Below, piece by piece: positions 1 to 10,480 of a DNA stretch of 64,000 nt. The translations under genes and the position numbers were made by a program. The stretch lies in IMG/VR virus record IMGVR_UViG_3300008267_013251, positions 81,016-145,015 of that record; one strand, 5' to 3'. A model generated the notes under the pieces. That model saw only the letters and a list, made by a program, of their open reading frames with translations. It ran no database searches and was not told where the DNA came from. The number at the start of each line of letters is the position of its first letter. Positions within the stretch are counted from its first letter, which is position 1. The stretch is from a virus.

Positions 1-138
1 TTTTAAACAGGTATAGGTAAACAAAGTTCTGTCGGTTGGATTTTGTTTGTTTGAACAAACGGCATCAGCCTTTATGAAAGGCAAAGACAATTCTGTTGGT
101 TTAGTCTGCGCCATTAGTAAGAACAAACAAAATAACAT
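1..138 (-). CDS. hypothetical protein, runs off window edge (MLFCLFLLMAQTKPTELS...)
   Basis: ATG at 138 preceded by GGAG SD; frame open to position 1; not in ORF track. Confidence 0.5.
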   Translation of the reverse strand, partial: MLFCLFLLMAQTKPTELSLPFIKADAVCSNKQNPTDRTLFTYTCLK

Positions 139-156
139 GGTGTTCTCCTATAAAAG

Positions 157-193
157 AAAAAGGGGCAAGCTCATAATAAGAGCTTGCCCCTTT
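157..193 (-). terminator. intrinsic terminator
   Basis: 14-bp stem AAAGGGGCAAGCTC/GAGCTTGCCCCTTT followed on the minus strand by TTCTTTT, directly after ORF 211-549. Confidence 0.8.
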
Positions 194-210
194 GAATGCA
201 AGAAATTAAA

Positions 211-549
211 TTACTTGCAAGAAACGCAATCAACAACGCTTGCGGTTGCGCCACGAACACGGCCACGAAGGCGACCATCAAACAGAGGACGGCGAGCAGC
301 AACAGCGCAATCACAGCTGGTGCAGCACTCGGCAACCTTCACAGGGACCAAAACAGTCTCCTTCTTCACAACAGTCTTGGGAACCATGACGGTTTCCTTC
401 TTGTAGACCGTGGTGGGAACGAGAACAGTCTTGGGTTCAGCCTTAGCAACAGGCTTGACAGGAGCTTGTGCGGGAGCAGACTTCTCGCCTGCGCTCGAAG
501 AAGCAACAAGAACCAAACCTGCCACAGCAGCCATAACGAAACTCTTCAT
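211..549 (-). CDS. small secreted Cys-rich protein with KKETV(L/M)VP repeats
   Basis: Signal-peptide-like N-terminus, internal repeats, CCxxCxC and CxxC motifs; own promoter and terminator. Confidence 0.7.
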   Translation of the reverse strand: MKSFVMAAVAGLVLVASSSAGEKSAPAQAPVKPVAKAEPKTVLVPTTVYKKETVMVPKTVVKKETVLVPVKVAECCTSCDCAVAARRPLFDGRLRGRVRGATASVVDCVSCK

Positions 550-602
550 AACTCATCTTCCTTTCGTGAATACAGAAATGCTGAATTGCATCTCATGCTT
601 AG

Positions 603-631
603 AGTATGCCAAAAGCCAAGTAGAAAGTCAA
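603..631 (-). promoter_or_regulatory. sigma70-type promoter TTGACT-17-CATACT
   Basis: Near-consensus -35/-10 with 17-nt spacer upstream of ORF 211-549. Confidence 0.6.
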
Positions 632-713
632 TCCCTTGGCAACAAGTTAATTATAGAAGCATTAGGGGAAAAACTACATGAAAATTTTTCTATTTTTTGT
701 AAACTCTACAAAA

Positions 714-1076
714 CTAAATCATACTTAAAGCCACAAGTCCTTGTTTTTTACCACCGTGATATTCTACTCCAATATTGCTTTCAATTAAATACTCAGTTAA
801 ATCTTTTCCATTAGACAACTCTATCCCGGCCCTTGCTCTGCCGTACTTTTCCGCTCCTTCATCAGTCACCATGACTGATTTTCCTTCAATCAAATCCTTC
901 ACAAATTCTTTGACTTGTCGGCCTTTTACAGTTGAAATTTCAGGAGTATCAATGCCATCCAGTCTTACATGAAACTTTTGTGTAACGCCAAATCCAAGAT
1001 CGATCATCATTTCAAAAGTATCTCCGTCAATAACTCTTAGCACTTCTGCATGATATCTATTTGTATTTTTAGCCAT
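714..1076 (-). CDS. thermonuclease (SNase-like) family protein
   Basis: VIDGDT, VRLDGIDTPE and EKYGR motifs. Confidence 0.9.
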   Translation of the reverse strand: MAKNTNRYHAEVLRVIDGDTFEMMIDLGFGVTQKFHVRLDGIDTPEISTVKGRQVKEFVKDLIEGKSVMVTDEGAEKYGRARAGIELSNGKDLTEYLIESNIGVEYHGGKKQGLVALSMI

Positions 1077-1084
1077 AAAACACC

Positions 1085-1474
1085 TTATTTCAAGTTTTTA
1101 AGTTTATATAATGTTTGATATAACAATCCAGCAATTTCATCTATAATGTTATGCAAATGGGTATCTTTCTTCTCTAGTGCGCTGTGAGATTCCAAGATAA
1201 ATTTAGCAGAATCTTCTAAATATTTGACAATATCAATATCAGAGGAGTCTACACCCTGAATTTCAAACTTTTGTAATCCATACTGTCCTTGGTAAGTTTC
1301 AATAAATTGATCTGCTAAACCTAAAACATCATCATAAAAAGAACCTAGGGCCTTATGTTGGGCATAGGATTTCGTTCTCAAATGTGCGTAATGAGCAGTA
1401 TCTCTCATATGAAATAACTTGGAAAAAACATTGCTAACATTTGATGCATTTTTAAATTCATTCAGACTAATCAT
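1085..1474 (-). CDS. ferritin/Dps-like phage protein (DUF5856-like)
   Basis: H..H..TKSYAQHKALG.FYD....AD.FIE.YQG pattern; start moved to ATG 1474 (GAGG SD). Confidence 0.7.
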   Translation of the reverse strand: MISLNEFKNASNVSNVFSKLFHMRDTAHYAHLRTKSYAQHKALGSFYDDVLGLADQFIETYQGQYGLQKFEIQGVDSSDIDIVKYLEDSAKFILESHSALEKKDTHLHNIIDEIAGLLYQTLYKLKNLK

Positions 1475-1530
1475 TTTTGAACCTCGAATTCTAAATAATA
1501 TATTAGTATTTAGTGGAAACATAAAAAGAA

Positions 1531-4500
1531 ATGATTGATTTTATAAGCTGGAAAAGAAATTTAATCGAATCTGAACAAGATCAAAAAAGTTCTGATATTG
1601 AAATGCTTTTGAAACTAGCATATGATATATTAACAAGGACTGCTATTCCAGATAACGAAAAAACTTATGTTGAAGAAACAATTCTAAAAGATGGTAAAAT
1701 AAAATCTCCGAGCGATCTTGTAGGACTAGAAATCAGCAAACTATTAGGTATAATTGAAAAATATAAACCTCAAGCTAAAACTAACAATGCTTATCTAGCC
1801 ATTAAAAGAAGACTGGGAAGCCCTGTAATCAATCCTACTTTCACTTTACAACCATTTAAAAGAAAAACCAGAATATTTGGACCCGTCAGCCTGTCAGAAC
1901 CAGAGCAGCCAAAAAAGCTAGCTTCAGCTGCCGAAGTTACAGAAGTTACCATCGGAAAAACAGAAAAGCCATCTAAGCACATGTCGATTTTTGAGGTAAT
2001 TGTTCCTAAAGATGCGGAAATACCTTTCAAAGCCCTCACACAAAGATTTCCAAAATTACTTGAAAAATCAAATGAACAAGAGAGAACTTTTGTTTTCAAA
2101 CTGAATAATTCTGACCCAACAATTATTGATAACTTTATTGAAATCATACGAACTCTAAATTCGGCAAAAGTAAATTACGAAAAGTTTTTACATGTAGTAA
2201 ATGATCAAAAGGCTTTGGCTACTTTAATTCCCAATCCATCAAAACCATTTTCTGGACAACTTCCCTTATGGGTAGAAAATGGTCTTGGAGCTTCAGCAGT
2301 AATAAAACTTCCTTATTTGTTGAACAAAGAAAAAACCGATCAAGCAAAAAAAGAAATTAAATGGCTTTTTTATAACCATCCTGAAGTAAAAGATGGAATT
2401 GAATATAAACCACCTGTGTTCTCTGGAGATGGTACTATCTCTGTTTATGGCAACAGAGTACAGTACTTTAATATAATACAAGAACTCAAGAAGCTAGGAT
2501 TCAATACCAAACAGTTAGAAGATGTATACGAAAGTAAAGTTTCTGATGTTTTCTTAGAATCGAAAGATAATCCAGAGATTTATGGAAGTATCAAAAACGC
2601 CAAAAGTGGACAAGAAAAAAGCGTTGCCTTATCACAATTCAAAAAAATGGTTTTTGCTAAAATCCCGTACTTGAAACAACTTGAAGAACTGAAAAAATCA
2701 AATCTGCCAAAAGGGCTAAAGTTATTCCCCAAGCAATGGGAAGGAATAGCACATTTATATTCACGCAGCAACGCAATCAATGGTGACGAGACTGGCGTTG
2801 GTAAAACCATTCAGTTTTTAGTTGCATCTAAACTTAGAATGATCGACTCAGGCAAAAAATGCTTAGTAGTAACATTATCTGACCTAAAAACACAGCTTCT
2901 TCAGAGTATCGAAGAATTATTTGGATCACAAGAAGCATCCCAAGTTAGTTTTGATATAGAAAAACCAAAGAACTGGACTATTGTCAATTACGAAACATTC
3001 CAATCACCGAAATTCATGATTCGTGCTGGCGTTCCCGATGACAAGAAAATTGATGATTTTATTCAAAAAAATATTGTTGGAAATTACGAGGTCATGGTTT
3101 TAGATGAAGCACACAAGGTAAAAATAGCACAATCGATAAGAAGTATTGTAATAGCTAAAATATCTAAATTCATCCCAGTAAAATACAACATGACAGCAAC
3201 ACTATCAGCTAACAAACCAATCGATATTAAAAATCAATTACAAGTAGTTGGGCATCAATTCGGCAAAATGTCTGATGAAGATTTTACTCATAATTTCATC
3301 GAACATACGGCACTAATTGCAAACACACCTGCATTCAATAAAAAATATAATTTATACAATAAAAAAGTATCAATAATAGATGGAAATAAAAACAAACTCG
3401 CACCTCAACCAGTTGCTTATGAAGATGCTCTGAAACTACTTGCTGCATCCCAAGAGGGAACCACTCTTTTTATGTACGATGATACTACTGATCCCATGAC
3501 ATTAATGTTAGCAGACAGAGATAAGTTTTTGGCAAACGATAAGTTTAATAAAGCACAAGAAATGAATAGGCTTTTGCATGTTACTGGGGTTTACGATAAG
3601 AAAACAAAAAATCAAATTAATAAAAAGCTGCCAAAACTTCAGAAGAAAATTGTTGGCATGAAAATCAATCAAGAAAAATTCTGCCAGCAAGTCAGGAATA
3701 TCAGTAGGCAAAAAATACTTTTTGATAAACTTCCTATTCAGAAAAATCTGAACTTAGAGTCTGTAACAGGCTGGCTCAACAACATTACTATGCCATCCAC
3801 TAAAGATGTTATGATTAGTAATTTTTTGGCTAACAAATCAACAATAAGCCAGAATGTGATGGCATCACAAGAATATAATCAAACCACAGATCAAAACGCA
3901 AAAAATATTTTAGCCAAGTTTGGAATTAATAATGCTGATGATTATGGAATCTTTTTTGCATACCTTTTTGGCAAGAGTAGCGCCAAGCCATTAACCGCTG
4001 CCGAAAAACAAAAAACTAATATAACCACTATTAGAAGACTAATAGCTATGTCCAAGGTTCCAATCACAATAAACAAAGTTAAGCAACTTCTGAAAAATAA
4101 TGCCAAGCAAATAAAAGAAGAATCTCAAAAGATTTCTGTTGCCGATGATAAAATGCAAAAAGATACAAAAATTGTCATATTTACAAATTTTAAACCAGTA
4201 GCCAGAGAAATCATCAAGAAAACACAAGATGCCTTAAATGAATTTTGCAAACAAAATAAAATGCCAAAATGTGGCCTTGAAGTTTTAGGATACTATGGAG
4301 ATATAACCGATAAGCAACTTGAAACAAATAAATACAGGTTTAAGACCGATCCTAAAGTGCGTGTCATTGTCATGACTATGCAAAAGGGAGGAACGGGAAT
4401 AGACTTCCCAAATATCGCTAGAAACATGATTATCAACGATGTTTTTTATACCCCTGAATCTGCGGATCAAGCCGAAGGTAGGATTTACAGAATAAACACC

Positions 4501-4812
4501 TTAACTAGTCCAGAAGTTTATTATCCTGTAGCGAAAAACTTGGAAATTGATAAAAACATTTTTGAAACGCTGAGAGAAAGAAGAAAACTTGCAAGCATAA
4601 TACAAAGATCACAAGAAGACTATATCAAAAATAATGATGTTTCAAATCTGGAAAAAATTAAATCCGCTGAACAAGAATCGCAAAATATGGAAAAAAACTT
4701 AGAGGCTAGTATAGTTGATCAAATAGATAACATCTGCAAAGAAGTTAAGGTTTTTGATAATTACAACATCAGCTTGCGTTTCCGTGATTTTATTCATTTT
4801 AGTGATATATAA
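1531..4812 (+). CDS. SNF2-family helicase/ATPase with long N-terminal extension
   Basis: GDETGVGKT Walker A, LDEAH, TAT, GGTGID and QAEGRIYR motifs. Confidence 0.9.
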   Translation: MIDFISWKRNLIESEQDQKSSDIEMLLKLAYDILTRTAIPDNEKTYVEETILKDGKIKSPSDLVGLEISKLLGIIEKYKPQAKTNNAYLAIKRRLGSPVINPTFTLQPFKRKTRIFGPVSLSEPEQPKKLASAAEVTEVTIGKTEKPSKHMSIFEVIVPKDAEIPFKALTQRFPKLLEKSNEQERTFVFKLNNSDPTIIDNFIEIIRTLNSAKVNYEKFLHVVNDQKALATLIPNPSKPFSGQLPLWVENGLGASAVIKLPYLLNKEKTDQAKKEIKWLFYNHPEVKDGIEYKPPVFSGDGTISVYGNRVQYFNIIQELKKLGFNTKQLEDVYESKVSDVFLESKDNPEIYGSIKNAKSGQEKSVALSQFKKMVFAKIPYLKQLEELKKSNLPKGLKLFPKQWEGIAHLYSRSNAINGDETGVGKTIQFLVASKLRMIDSGKKCLVVTLSDLKTQLLQSIEELFGSQEASQVSFDIEKPKNWTIVNYETFQSPKFMIRAGVPDDKKIDDFIQKNIVGNYEVMVLDEAHKVKIAQSIRSIVIAKISKFIPVKYNMTATLSANKPIDIKNQLQVVGHQFGKMSDEDFTHNFIEHTALIANTPAFNKKYNLYNKKVSIIDGNKNKLAPQPVAYEDALKLLAASQEGTTLFMYDDTTDPMTLMLADRDKFLANDKFNKAQEMNRLLHVTGVYDKKTKNQINKKLPKLQKKIVGMKINQEKFCQQVRNISRQKILFDKLPIQKNLNLESVTGWLNNITMPSTKDVMISNFLANKSTISQNVMASQEYNQTTDQNAKNILAKFGINNADDYGIFFAYLFGKSSAKPLTAAEKQKTNITTIRRLIAMSKVPITINKVKQLLKNNAKQIKEESQKISVADDKMQKDTKIVIFTNFKPVAREIIKKTQDALNEFCKQNKMPKCGLEVLGYYGDITDKQLETNKYRFKTDPKVRVIVMTMQKGGTGIDFPNIARNMIINDVFYTPESADQAEGRIYRINTLTSPEVYYPVAKNLEIDKNIFETLRERRKLASIIQRSQEDYIKNNDVSNLEKIKSAEQESQNMEKNLEASIVDQIDNICKEVKVFDNYNISLRFRDFIHFSDI

Positions 4813-4834
4813 GTTATATTAATTGGAGAACAAC

Positions 4835-5491
4835 ATGAAGACAAGACTCGAATTGCAATACGATGTAGCTTTAAATGCTCTTTCCAACGGTTTGACAGAA
4901 GCTGGAATAACAGTTGGTGATATAAACACTTTGCGAGTAAAAGGTCAAAGATTAGTTGAAACCAATCGCAACCAATATAATAGCGTATTCGGAATGCTTG
5001 AAAATCTTGTCGCACAAAGAATTAATGAAGAACAAGCGCCAGCAACAGCGCCAGCTTCTCCAGCAGCAGCCAGCAAGGAACAGCAAGCATTTGCTGCTAA
5101 AAGCACACAATTACAAACTGCAATAAGAAATTACTTCGCAAGTATATTCAAGCTAGGTGGCGGTCCAAGCGTACAAGAACAAATGAAAAAGATGATTGGA
5201 ACTGTTAATAGCTTCACTAATCAAGTACTACAAAAGAAGTTTGGCGTAGGAGGAAAGCCAGCTGTTGATCCTATGGCAGCAAAAATGGCCCAGTCTTCTG
5301 CTAAACCACCAGCTGGAAAACCTCAAGGCGCACCCGCACCAGCTGGAACCCCAGCCAAACCTGCTTCTGGTCAGCCACAATACAATCCATTAGCTACACA
5401 ATCAGTAGCTACAACTGATATCAAAGCAGGCCAGCAACAAGCTGCACAGCCTCAATATAATCCATTTGCAGCACAATCAGTAATAGCCTAA
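4835..5491 (+). CDS. hypothetical Ala/Pro/Gln-rich protein
   Basis: GGAG SD before ATG 4835; duplicated QPQYNP(L/F)A.QSV motif at C-terminus. Confidence 0.7.
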   Translation: MKTRLELQYDVALNALSNGLTEAGITVGDINTLRVKGQRLVETNRNQYNSVFGMLENLVAQRINEEQAPATAPASPAAASKEQQAFAAKSTQLQTAIRNYFASIFKLGGGPSVQEQMKKMIGTVNSFTNQVLQKKFGVGGKPAVDPMAAKMAQSSAKPPAGKPQGAPAPAGTPAKPASGQPQYNPLATQSVATTDIKAGQQQAAQPQYNPFAAQSVIA

Positions 5492-5492
5492 T

Positions 5493-6560
5493 CTATATCT
5501 GAGAATTATCGTGAACTCTGTTCACTCTTATGAAAGTTGTACATTTAGAGAGGTCTTTTAGCTTTGTCGTACCAACATAGGTGCAAGTGCTTCTTAGACC
5601 TCCTAGTATTTGCTCCATAGTTTCAGATACTAGACCCTTGTAAGGAACTTCAATCACACGGCCTTCACTCGCTCTGTATTGTGCTTTACCACCGTAGTGT
5701 TTTTCCATAGCCATGCTACTGCTCATGCCATAGAAAACCATTTTTTGTTTTTTACCGTTTGCATCACACACAAATTTGCCACCGCACTCATCATGCCCTG
5801 CAAGATATCCACCAAGCATAACAAAGTCTGCTCCAGCACCAATTGCTTTAGAAATGTCTCCCGGCATACGAACACCACCATCTGAACAGATATGGCCACC
5901 GACTCCATGGGCAGCATCAGCACACTCAATAATCGCTGATAGTTGGGGCATCCCAACACCTGTTACCAAACGAGTCGTACAAGATTTCCCACCGCCAATT
6001 CCAACCTTAACTATGCTCACTTTGCCTACTAACAGCAATTCAAGCGTCTGCTCTGGTGTACAAACATTTCCGGCCATAATAATGCTGCTGGGAAACCAAT
6101 CCCGCACTTCTTTACATTTTTCAACAAATGACTGTGTGTATCCATTCGCAACATCAATACAAATCTTGGGAAATCGAACCTGTCGATTTTGCAGAATCCT
6201 AAGCTTCTCATAATCTGCATCGCTCGTTCCAATCGTATAAAATACTTTATCTACAACATTAGGGTCTTCATCTTTATAAAATTTTTCAAGTTCAGATAAA
6301 GAATAGAACTTATGAAGAGCAGTATGGCAGTTATACTTGGCCAAAGCCTTAGCCATTTCCATAGTGCCAATTGTGTCCATGTTGGCAGCAATTATCGGGA
6401 CACCAACATCAACGGCAACAGCATCTTTCGGATTCGTATCGCAATTTAAAAAACGAAAACTTCTGTTAAGATCAACATCGGCTCGACTAACAGCTTGACT
6501 TCTTTTTGGCTTGATGAGAACATCACTAAAATCAAGCTTGATATCATTTTCAATTTGCAT
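5493..6560 (-). CDS. guaC: GMP reductase
   Basis: LDFSDVLIKPKRS, PIIAANMD, IDVANGY, KVGIGGG.SCTTR, FYGMSS and YRASEG; no CBS domains. Confidence 0.92.
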   Translation of the reverse strand: MQIENDIKLDFSDVLIKPKRSQAVSRADVDLNRSFRFLNCDTNPKDAVAVDVGVPIIAANMDTIGTMEMAKALAKYNCHTALHKFYSLSELEKFYKDEDPNVVDKVFYTIGTSDADYEKLRILQNRQVRFPKICIDVANGYTQSFVEKCKEVRDWFPSSIIMAGNVCTPEQTLELLLVGKVSIVKVGIGGGKSCTTRLVTGVGMPQLSAIIECADAAHGVGGHICSDGGVRMPGDISKAIGAGADFVMLGGYLAGHDECGGKFVCDANGKKQKMVFYGMSSSMAMEKHYGGKAQYRASEGRVIEVPYKGLVSETMEQILGGLRSTCTYVGTTKLKDLSKCTTFIRVNRVHDNSQI

Positions 6561-6598
6561 GTTGCCTCCAAATCTCTCCATGCAATTATAGGTATTTT

Positions 6599-7198
6599 TT
6601 ATTCAAATAGGAATGTCTCAGAGGCTAATGTCTCGTTAATTTCGTTGAGTGTATCAATACGCATTTCAATTTTCATGCCTAAAGTATAATACGGCGCAGC
6701 GTAGTATTCCATGCTCTTTTTAGCTTCCTCTATAGAAGTAAAATATACAATTGATTTTTTATCTTTAGGAATATCTAAGCTTGCGTTGTCAAGCTCTTTA
6801 TTGTTAGTAATATCAACTATTTTAAAATATTTTGGTAGCTGTCTTCTTTCAAGAAGCAAAGCAACCTGTTCGACAACAAGTTTAGAAATGAAATAATATT
6901 TTACATAGAAGTCATATTTGTTTTGATTATATGGCTTTTTAAAAAATGGATTTATCTCTTTAATGAAAGAATCAATCTCTCCCTCATCAATAAGCTCTTT
7001 TATTTCCTGTTCTTTTCCTGAAATAAATGATATGTCAAAATATGAGGAAAGCTTGTAGTTTGTAAGCAACCTAAAAATATTGAATATATCAATTTTATCT
7101 ATGTATGTATTTTTTTTAGACTTCGAAGTTTTTTTCTTACCTACAAAGTTTCTAAGAATATATTCAGATATACCATTAATAGCAACAACATCAATCAT
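6599..7198 (-). CDS. hypothetical protein
   Basis: 199-aa ORF coupled to neighbours. Confidence 0.65.
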   Translation of the reverse strand: MIDVVAINGISEYILRNFVGKKKTSKSKKNTYIDKIDIFNIFRLLTNYKLSSYFDISFISGKEQEIKELIDEGEIDSFIKEINPFFKKPYNQNKYDFYVKYYFISKLVVEQVALLLERRQLPKYFKIVDITNNKELDNASLDIPKDKKSIVYFTSIEEAKKSMEYYAAPYYTLGMKIEMRIDTLNEINETLASETFLFE

Positions 7199-7388
7199 CA
7201 GTATTATTTAGAGTAACTTCGGCAGCTTTATTCAGCCCAAAGTTGACTAATTTCTTGTGTAAGGAAGACTCTCCAAAAAATGACAACACTAAATCATCTG
7301 CCATTTTGAGAACTTCTTCTTGAGTCACAGTTTGTGGAAATTTTCTGATTTCCAAAATCCTGTAAAACCACTCATTTTGATCAATCAT
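7191..7388 (-). CDS. small hypothetical protein
   Basis: ATG at 7388 overlaps the helicase stop. Confidence 0.55.
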   Translation of the reverse strand: MIDQNEWFYRILEIRKFPQTVTQEEVLKMADDLVLSFFGESSLHKKLVNFGLNKAAEVTLNNTDD

Positions 7389-9453
7389 TGGATTTGATCC
7401 TGTTGAAAAGAACCTCGTACCTTCCAACAATAAGGCAAAGTGCTTTCAAATACAAGGAGTCTGTAGAATACTTTTCAATCAAATTTTTCAAAGCCTTTAC
7501 ATCGGTTCGAGATATCAAAGGATAAGCCGTATCTTCAGGTTTTGCATTAATGATTAACTGTGCTTTTTCAACAGCTTCATTTTCTGTGAATGTGGGGATT
7601 ACACCATTTGACCTCGCAGATTCGTATTCACAAATGACTTCAACATAATTCCTACCATTCTTGACTGGAACCTTTTCTGGCTCTACAGCTTGATGTGCCT
7701 CTTTCTCAAAAGTCTGGGCAATCAAAGTTTCTTTCTGATCCAGAAGTTCAAACAGCCGACGATCAAGAGGATGATCTGAAATAAATCGGATAATTTCTAC
7801 TTTATTGCTCTTCTGACCAAACCGGCACACACGATCCTCTGACTGCTTGTTGAGAGCAGGCACCCAATCCAAATCAACGAACAGCACTTTCCAAGCACGG
7901 GTCATATTGAAACCTGTGCCACCAGAATAAATGGTGGATGCGATTCCTTTGATTTTTCCACTATCAAAATCATCAATAATCATCTGCCTCTCATGAGGTT
8001 TGGTGTCCTTATCAATAATGCCCCATCCCTTCTGCAAACGCAGAGCATCAAGGGGTGCCCTGTGTGCAGAGAAAATAACCAGAGGAACCTCTTGCTCTTC
8101 ACATTCATTTACATATTCCATCATCGCTGGAATACGGCTTTTCGCAATCTCTGTGCGAATACTGCTAAAAGCATGAAGTGGAGGCAAAGAGCCCCGGCTT
8201 AAGATAGAGGCATACTCCTTTTCCAGATTATCGAGTGTCTTCTTGATGACCTCTCCAGAAGATGAGTCAAGAGAGACAAGAATGTTTGTGTAAATCTTGT
8301 CTGGCAGTTGAGGCAAAACATCTTTGCGCTTTCTTGCAAGCCTTACTCTTGAAATCAAATCTGGCAATTCTGGGGAAGGTGTTCCCCACTCAACTCCAAA
8401 ACGAGCCTTACGACCATTAAATAATTCGAAGAAATAATCATAAGGCCTTGTGCCATATTTGTTGAATACAATCTTTTCAAGATTGCAAGCAGCAAAGACA
8501 CCCCACAAGTCTTCGGGCCGACTCAACAATGGAGTACCAGTAAGAGCCCAAGTGCTCTTGGTGTTTCTAGAAAGAGTACGCAGCTTTTTGTGACCGCTGG
8601 TTTTTGTACCTTTATACTGGTGAGCTTCGTCAACGATAAGATAAGTCTCATTGAGGACATTTTTGAAATTGTCCTCAAGGGCACAGACAGGGTACTGGCT
8701 ATCTTCTGTTTTTTTCGGCAGAAGAAAATCAGGCAAAAGTTCCCTGTTAACAATTAGAATCTCGTTCTTATTAGGCAGACGGAATTTGTCTTTGCCAACT
8801 AGAACTTCAACCTCGTACTCCGAAACAGCTTTGGTGCTGTTAAGTACAGAAACCTTGTAGTCAGGCCTCCATTTGTTTGATTCCTTTACCCAGTTAAACT
8901 TCAAGCTTGATGGGCAAACAATCAAAACCCTCGCCTCCATCGGCAAGGCGCAAAGGGTTTGAATTGTCTTGCCAGTACCCATTTCATCACCAAGCAAAGC
9001 TGCGCTGTGGCTGGCAAGAAAATTGGCCCCTTCTTTTTGATAGTCAAAAAGTTTGTTGAAGTTTCTACATTTAGGCTGCTCAACAAACTCCGAAAGAAGC
9101 GACTCCGCAATTTTGATGTTCAATATTTTCCCAACTTCGACTGCTCGTTGAATCGAAGCTTTAGTCAAAGGAAATTTCCAGCATCCCTGCTGCTTGTCCC
9201 AAGAACGATTGGGAATCGTTTTAATAAGTTCTACATGTCCAGCGTTGAAAGGAATGAAGATGCAACCATCCTCCGTAATTTCAGAAGGACGGTTGACATC
9301 TTTTTTTACTGATTGATTCTGAAATTCAGCAGGCACACAATCATTGTGATAGGTGTACCATTCATCGCTATAGTTAACGGCAACTCCCTCACCAGCAAAA
9401 ACAGTTTTCTGGCAAGCCGAGCAGTTCTTTTCGAATTTGTTAACAATAGCCAT
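7381..9453 (-). CDS. SNF2-family (HARP/SMARCAL1-like) helicase
   Basis: GDEMGTGKT, VDEAH, LTGTP and QSEDRVCRFGQ; N-terminal CxxC..H.xC; GGAGG SD before ATG 9453. Confidence 0.92.
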   Translation of the reverse strand: MAIVNKFEKNCSACQKTVFAGEGVAVNYSDEWYTYHNDCVPAEFQNQSVKKDVNRPSEITEDGCIFIPFNAGHVELIKTIPNRSWDKQQGCWKFPLTKASIQRAVEVGKILNIKIAESLLSEFVEQPKCRNFNKLFDYQKEGANFLASHSAALLGDEMGTGKTIQTLCALPMEARVLIVCPSSLKFNWVKESNKWRPDYKVSVLNSTKAVSEYEVEVLVGKDKFRLPNKNEILIVNRELLPDFLLPKKTEDSQYPVCALEDNFKNVLNETYLIVDEAHQYKGTKTSGHKKLRTLSRNTKSTWALTGTPLLSRPEDLWGVFAACNLEKIVFNKYGTRPYDYFFELFNGRKARFGVEWGTPSPELPDLISRVRLARKRKDVLPQLPDKIYTNILVSLDSSSGEVIKKTLDNLEKEYASILSRGSLPPLHAFSSIRTEIAKSRIPAMMEYVNECEEQEVPLVIFSAHRAPLDALRLQKGWGIIDKDTKPHERQMIIDDFDSGKIKGIASTIYSGGTGFNMTRAWKVLFVDLDWVPALNKQSEDRVCRFGQKSNKVEIIRFISDHPLDRRLFELLDQKETLIAQTFEKEAHQAVEPEKVPVKNGRNYVEVICEYESARSNGVIPTFTENEAVEKAQLIINAKPEDTAYPLISRTDVKALKNLIEKYSTDSLYLKALCLIVGRYEVLFNRIKSND

Positions 9454-9514
9454 TTCAGAATCCTCCATTAGTAAGTAAATCTGCAATTAGGCATGATCAG
9501 AAAAAGATTCGCCA

Positions 9515-10372
9515 TCATGCATTCTTGACAATAATTTGATATTGCTGAATGTCTTCACTAGCTACAATATCTTTGAGCCTTTCAATAATCTTGTTAAATC
9601 GTTTGTGAATTGCCCATCGGCAATACTTCTTTCCAGTACGAGGACTTGGATTGTCATCGATAAACTTTTCTACCCATTTTTTACGATTTTGAAGATAACA
9701 CCGAATGATTTTTCGATCTGTTTCATCATAGCATGCATTATTAATAAGATACTCAAAGCTAACATTTTTTTCTAGACTGCCCAAAAGACTAAACTGCTTA
9801 TTATTTTTTTTGGATTTGGCATCCAAACTTTCCAAGCTGTTACGGTTATTATCATTTGCAAATGACTCATCAATTGGCAGAGAACTATATTCACAAACGG
9901 TATTCTTTTGCTTTTGCTGCATACGAAGTACCCTTTTGAATTCTTGCAGTTTTGACTTAACAGCAATATAGGCATAGGTAGTGAACAAAACATCTGGCTT
10001 GGTGTAGTACCAGATTGCATTCCTGAATGCCATCAATCCAATCGCATATGCATCTTCTTGATTCTTTTCTTCAATCTTCAGTTTATGAATCAAATTGTAA
10101 ATAATTCGGTTGGAATTTTTAATTAATTCCTCTTCCATAACAAGCGGAATCAACATGCTAGGTAGATCATTATAGAATTGCAACTTAATATCTTCCGAAA
10201 CTTCATTTAATAGCGACTCTGGGTCTTTGGACAACTTTCCAACAAAACTGATGAATGTGCCCTTTTTTTGATTCAGAGCCTTGAACCATTGTTTACTCAA
10301 ATTATTAGCTTGAGCTATCACTTGAAAATCACTTTTGTCAGCAATGTCATAAAGATTAACTACAGTACTCAC
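9515..10372 (-). CDS. divergent sigma-70-like protein
   Basis: Region-2-like EDAYAIGLMAFRNAIWYY...FTTYAY; GGAGG SD before GTG 10372. Confidence 0.6.
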   Translation of the reverse strand: MSTVVNLYDIADKSDFQVIAQANNLSKQWFKALNQKKGTFISFVGKLSKDPESLLNEVSEDIKLQFYNDLPSMLIPLVMEEELIKNSNRIIYNLIHKLKIEEKNQEDAYAIGLMAFRNAIWYYTKPDVLFTTYAYIAVKSKLQEFKRVLRMQQKQKNTVCEYSSLPIDESFANDNNRNSLESLDAKSKKNNKQFSLLGSLEKNVSFEYLINNACYDETDRKIIRCYLQNRKKWVEKFIDDNPSPRTGKKYCRWAIHKRFNKIIERLKDIVASEDIQQYQIIVKNA

Positions 10373-10411
10373 TAATATATCCTCCATAATTACTATTGAT
10401 AACACCGAATT

Positions 10412-10440
10412 ACCATAGAGCCTGTTAAGGCCTATGTCAA
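10412..10440 (-). promoter_or_regulatory. sigma70-type promoter TTGACA-17-TATGGT
   Basis: Consensus -35 with 17-nt spacer upstream of the sigma-like gene. Confidence 0.6.
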
Positions 10441-10480
10441 CCTATGTTAATAGCAGCTAAGAATGGTTTCGCCGGATTGG

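Noticed and set aside
47-814. Plus-strand ORFs 47-406, 196-681 and 410-814
   Set aside because: They are shadows of the minus-strand gene, which has the promoter, SD and terminator.
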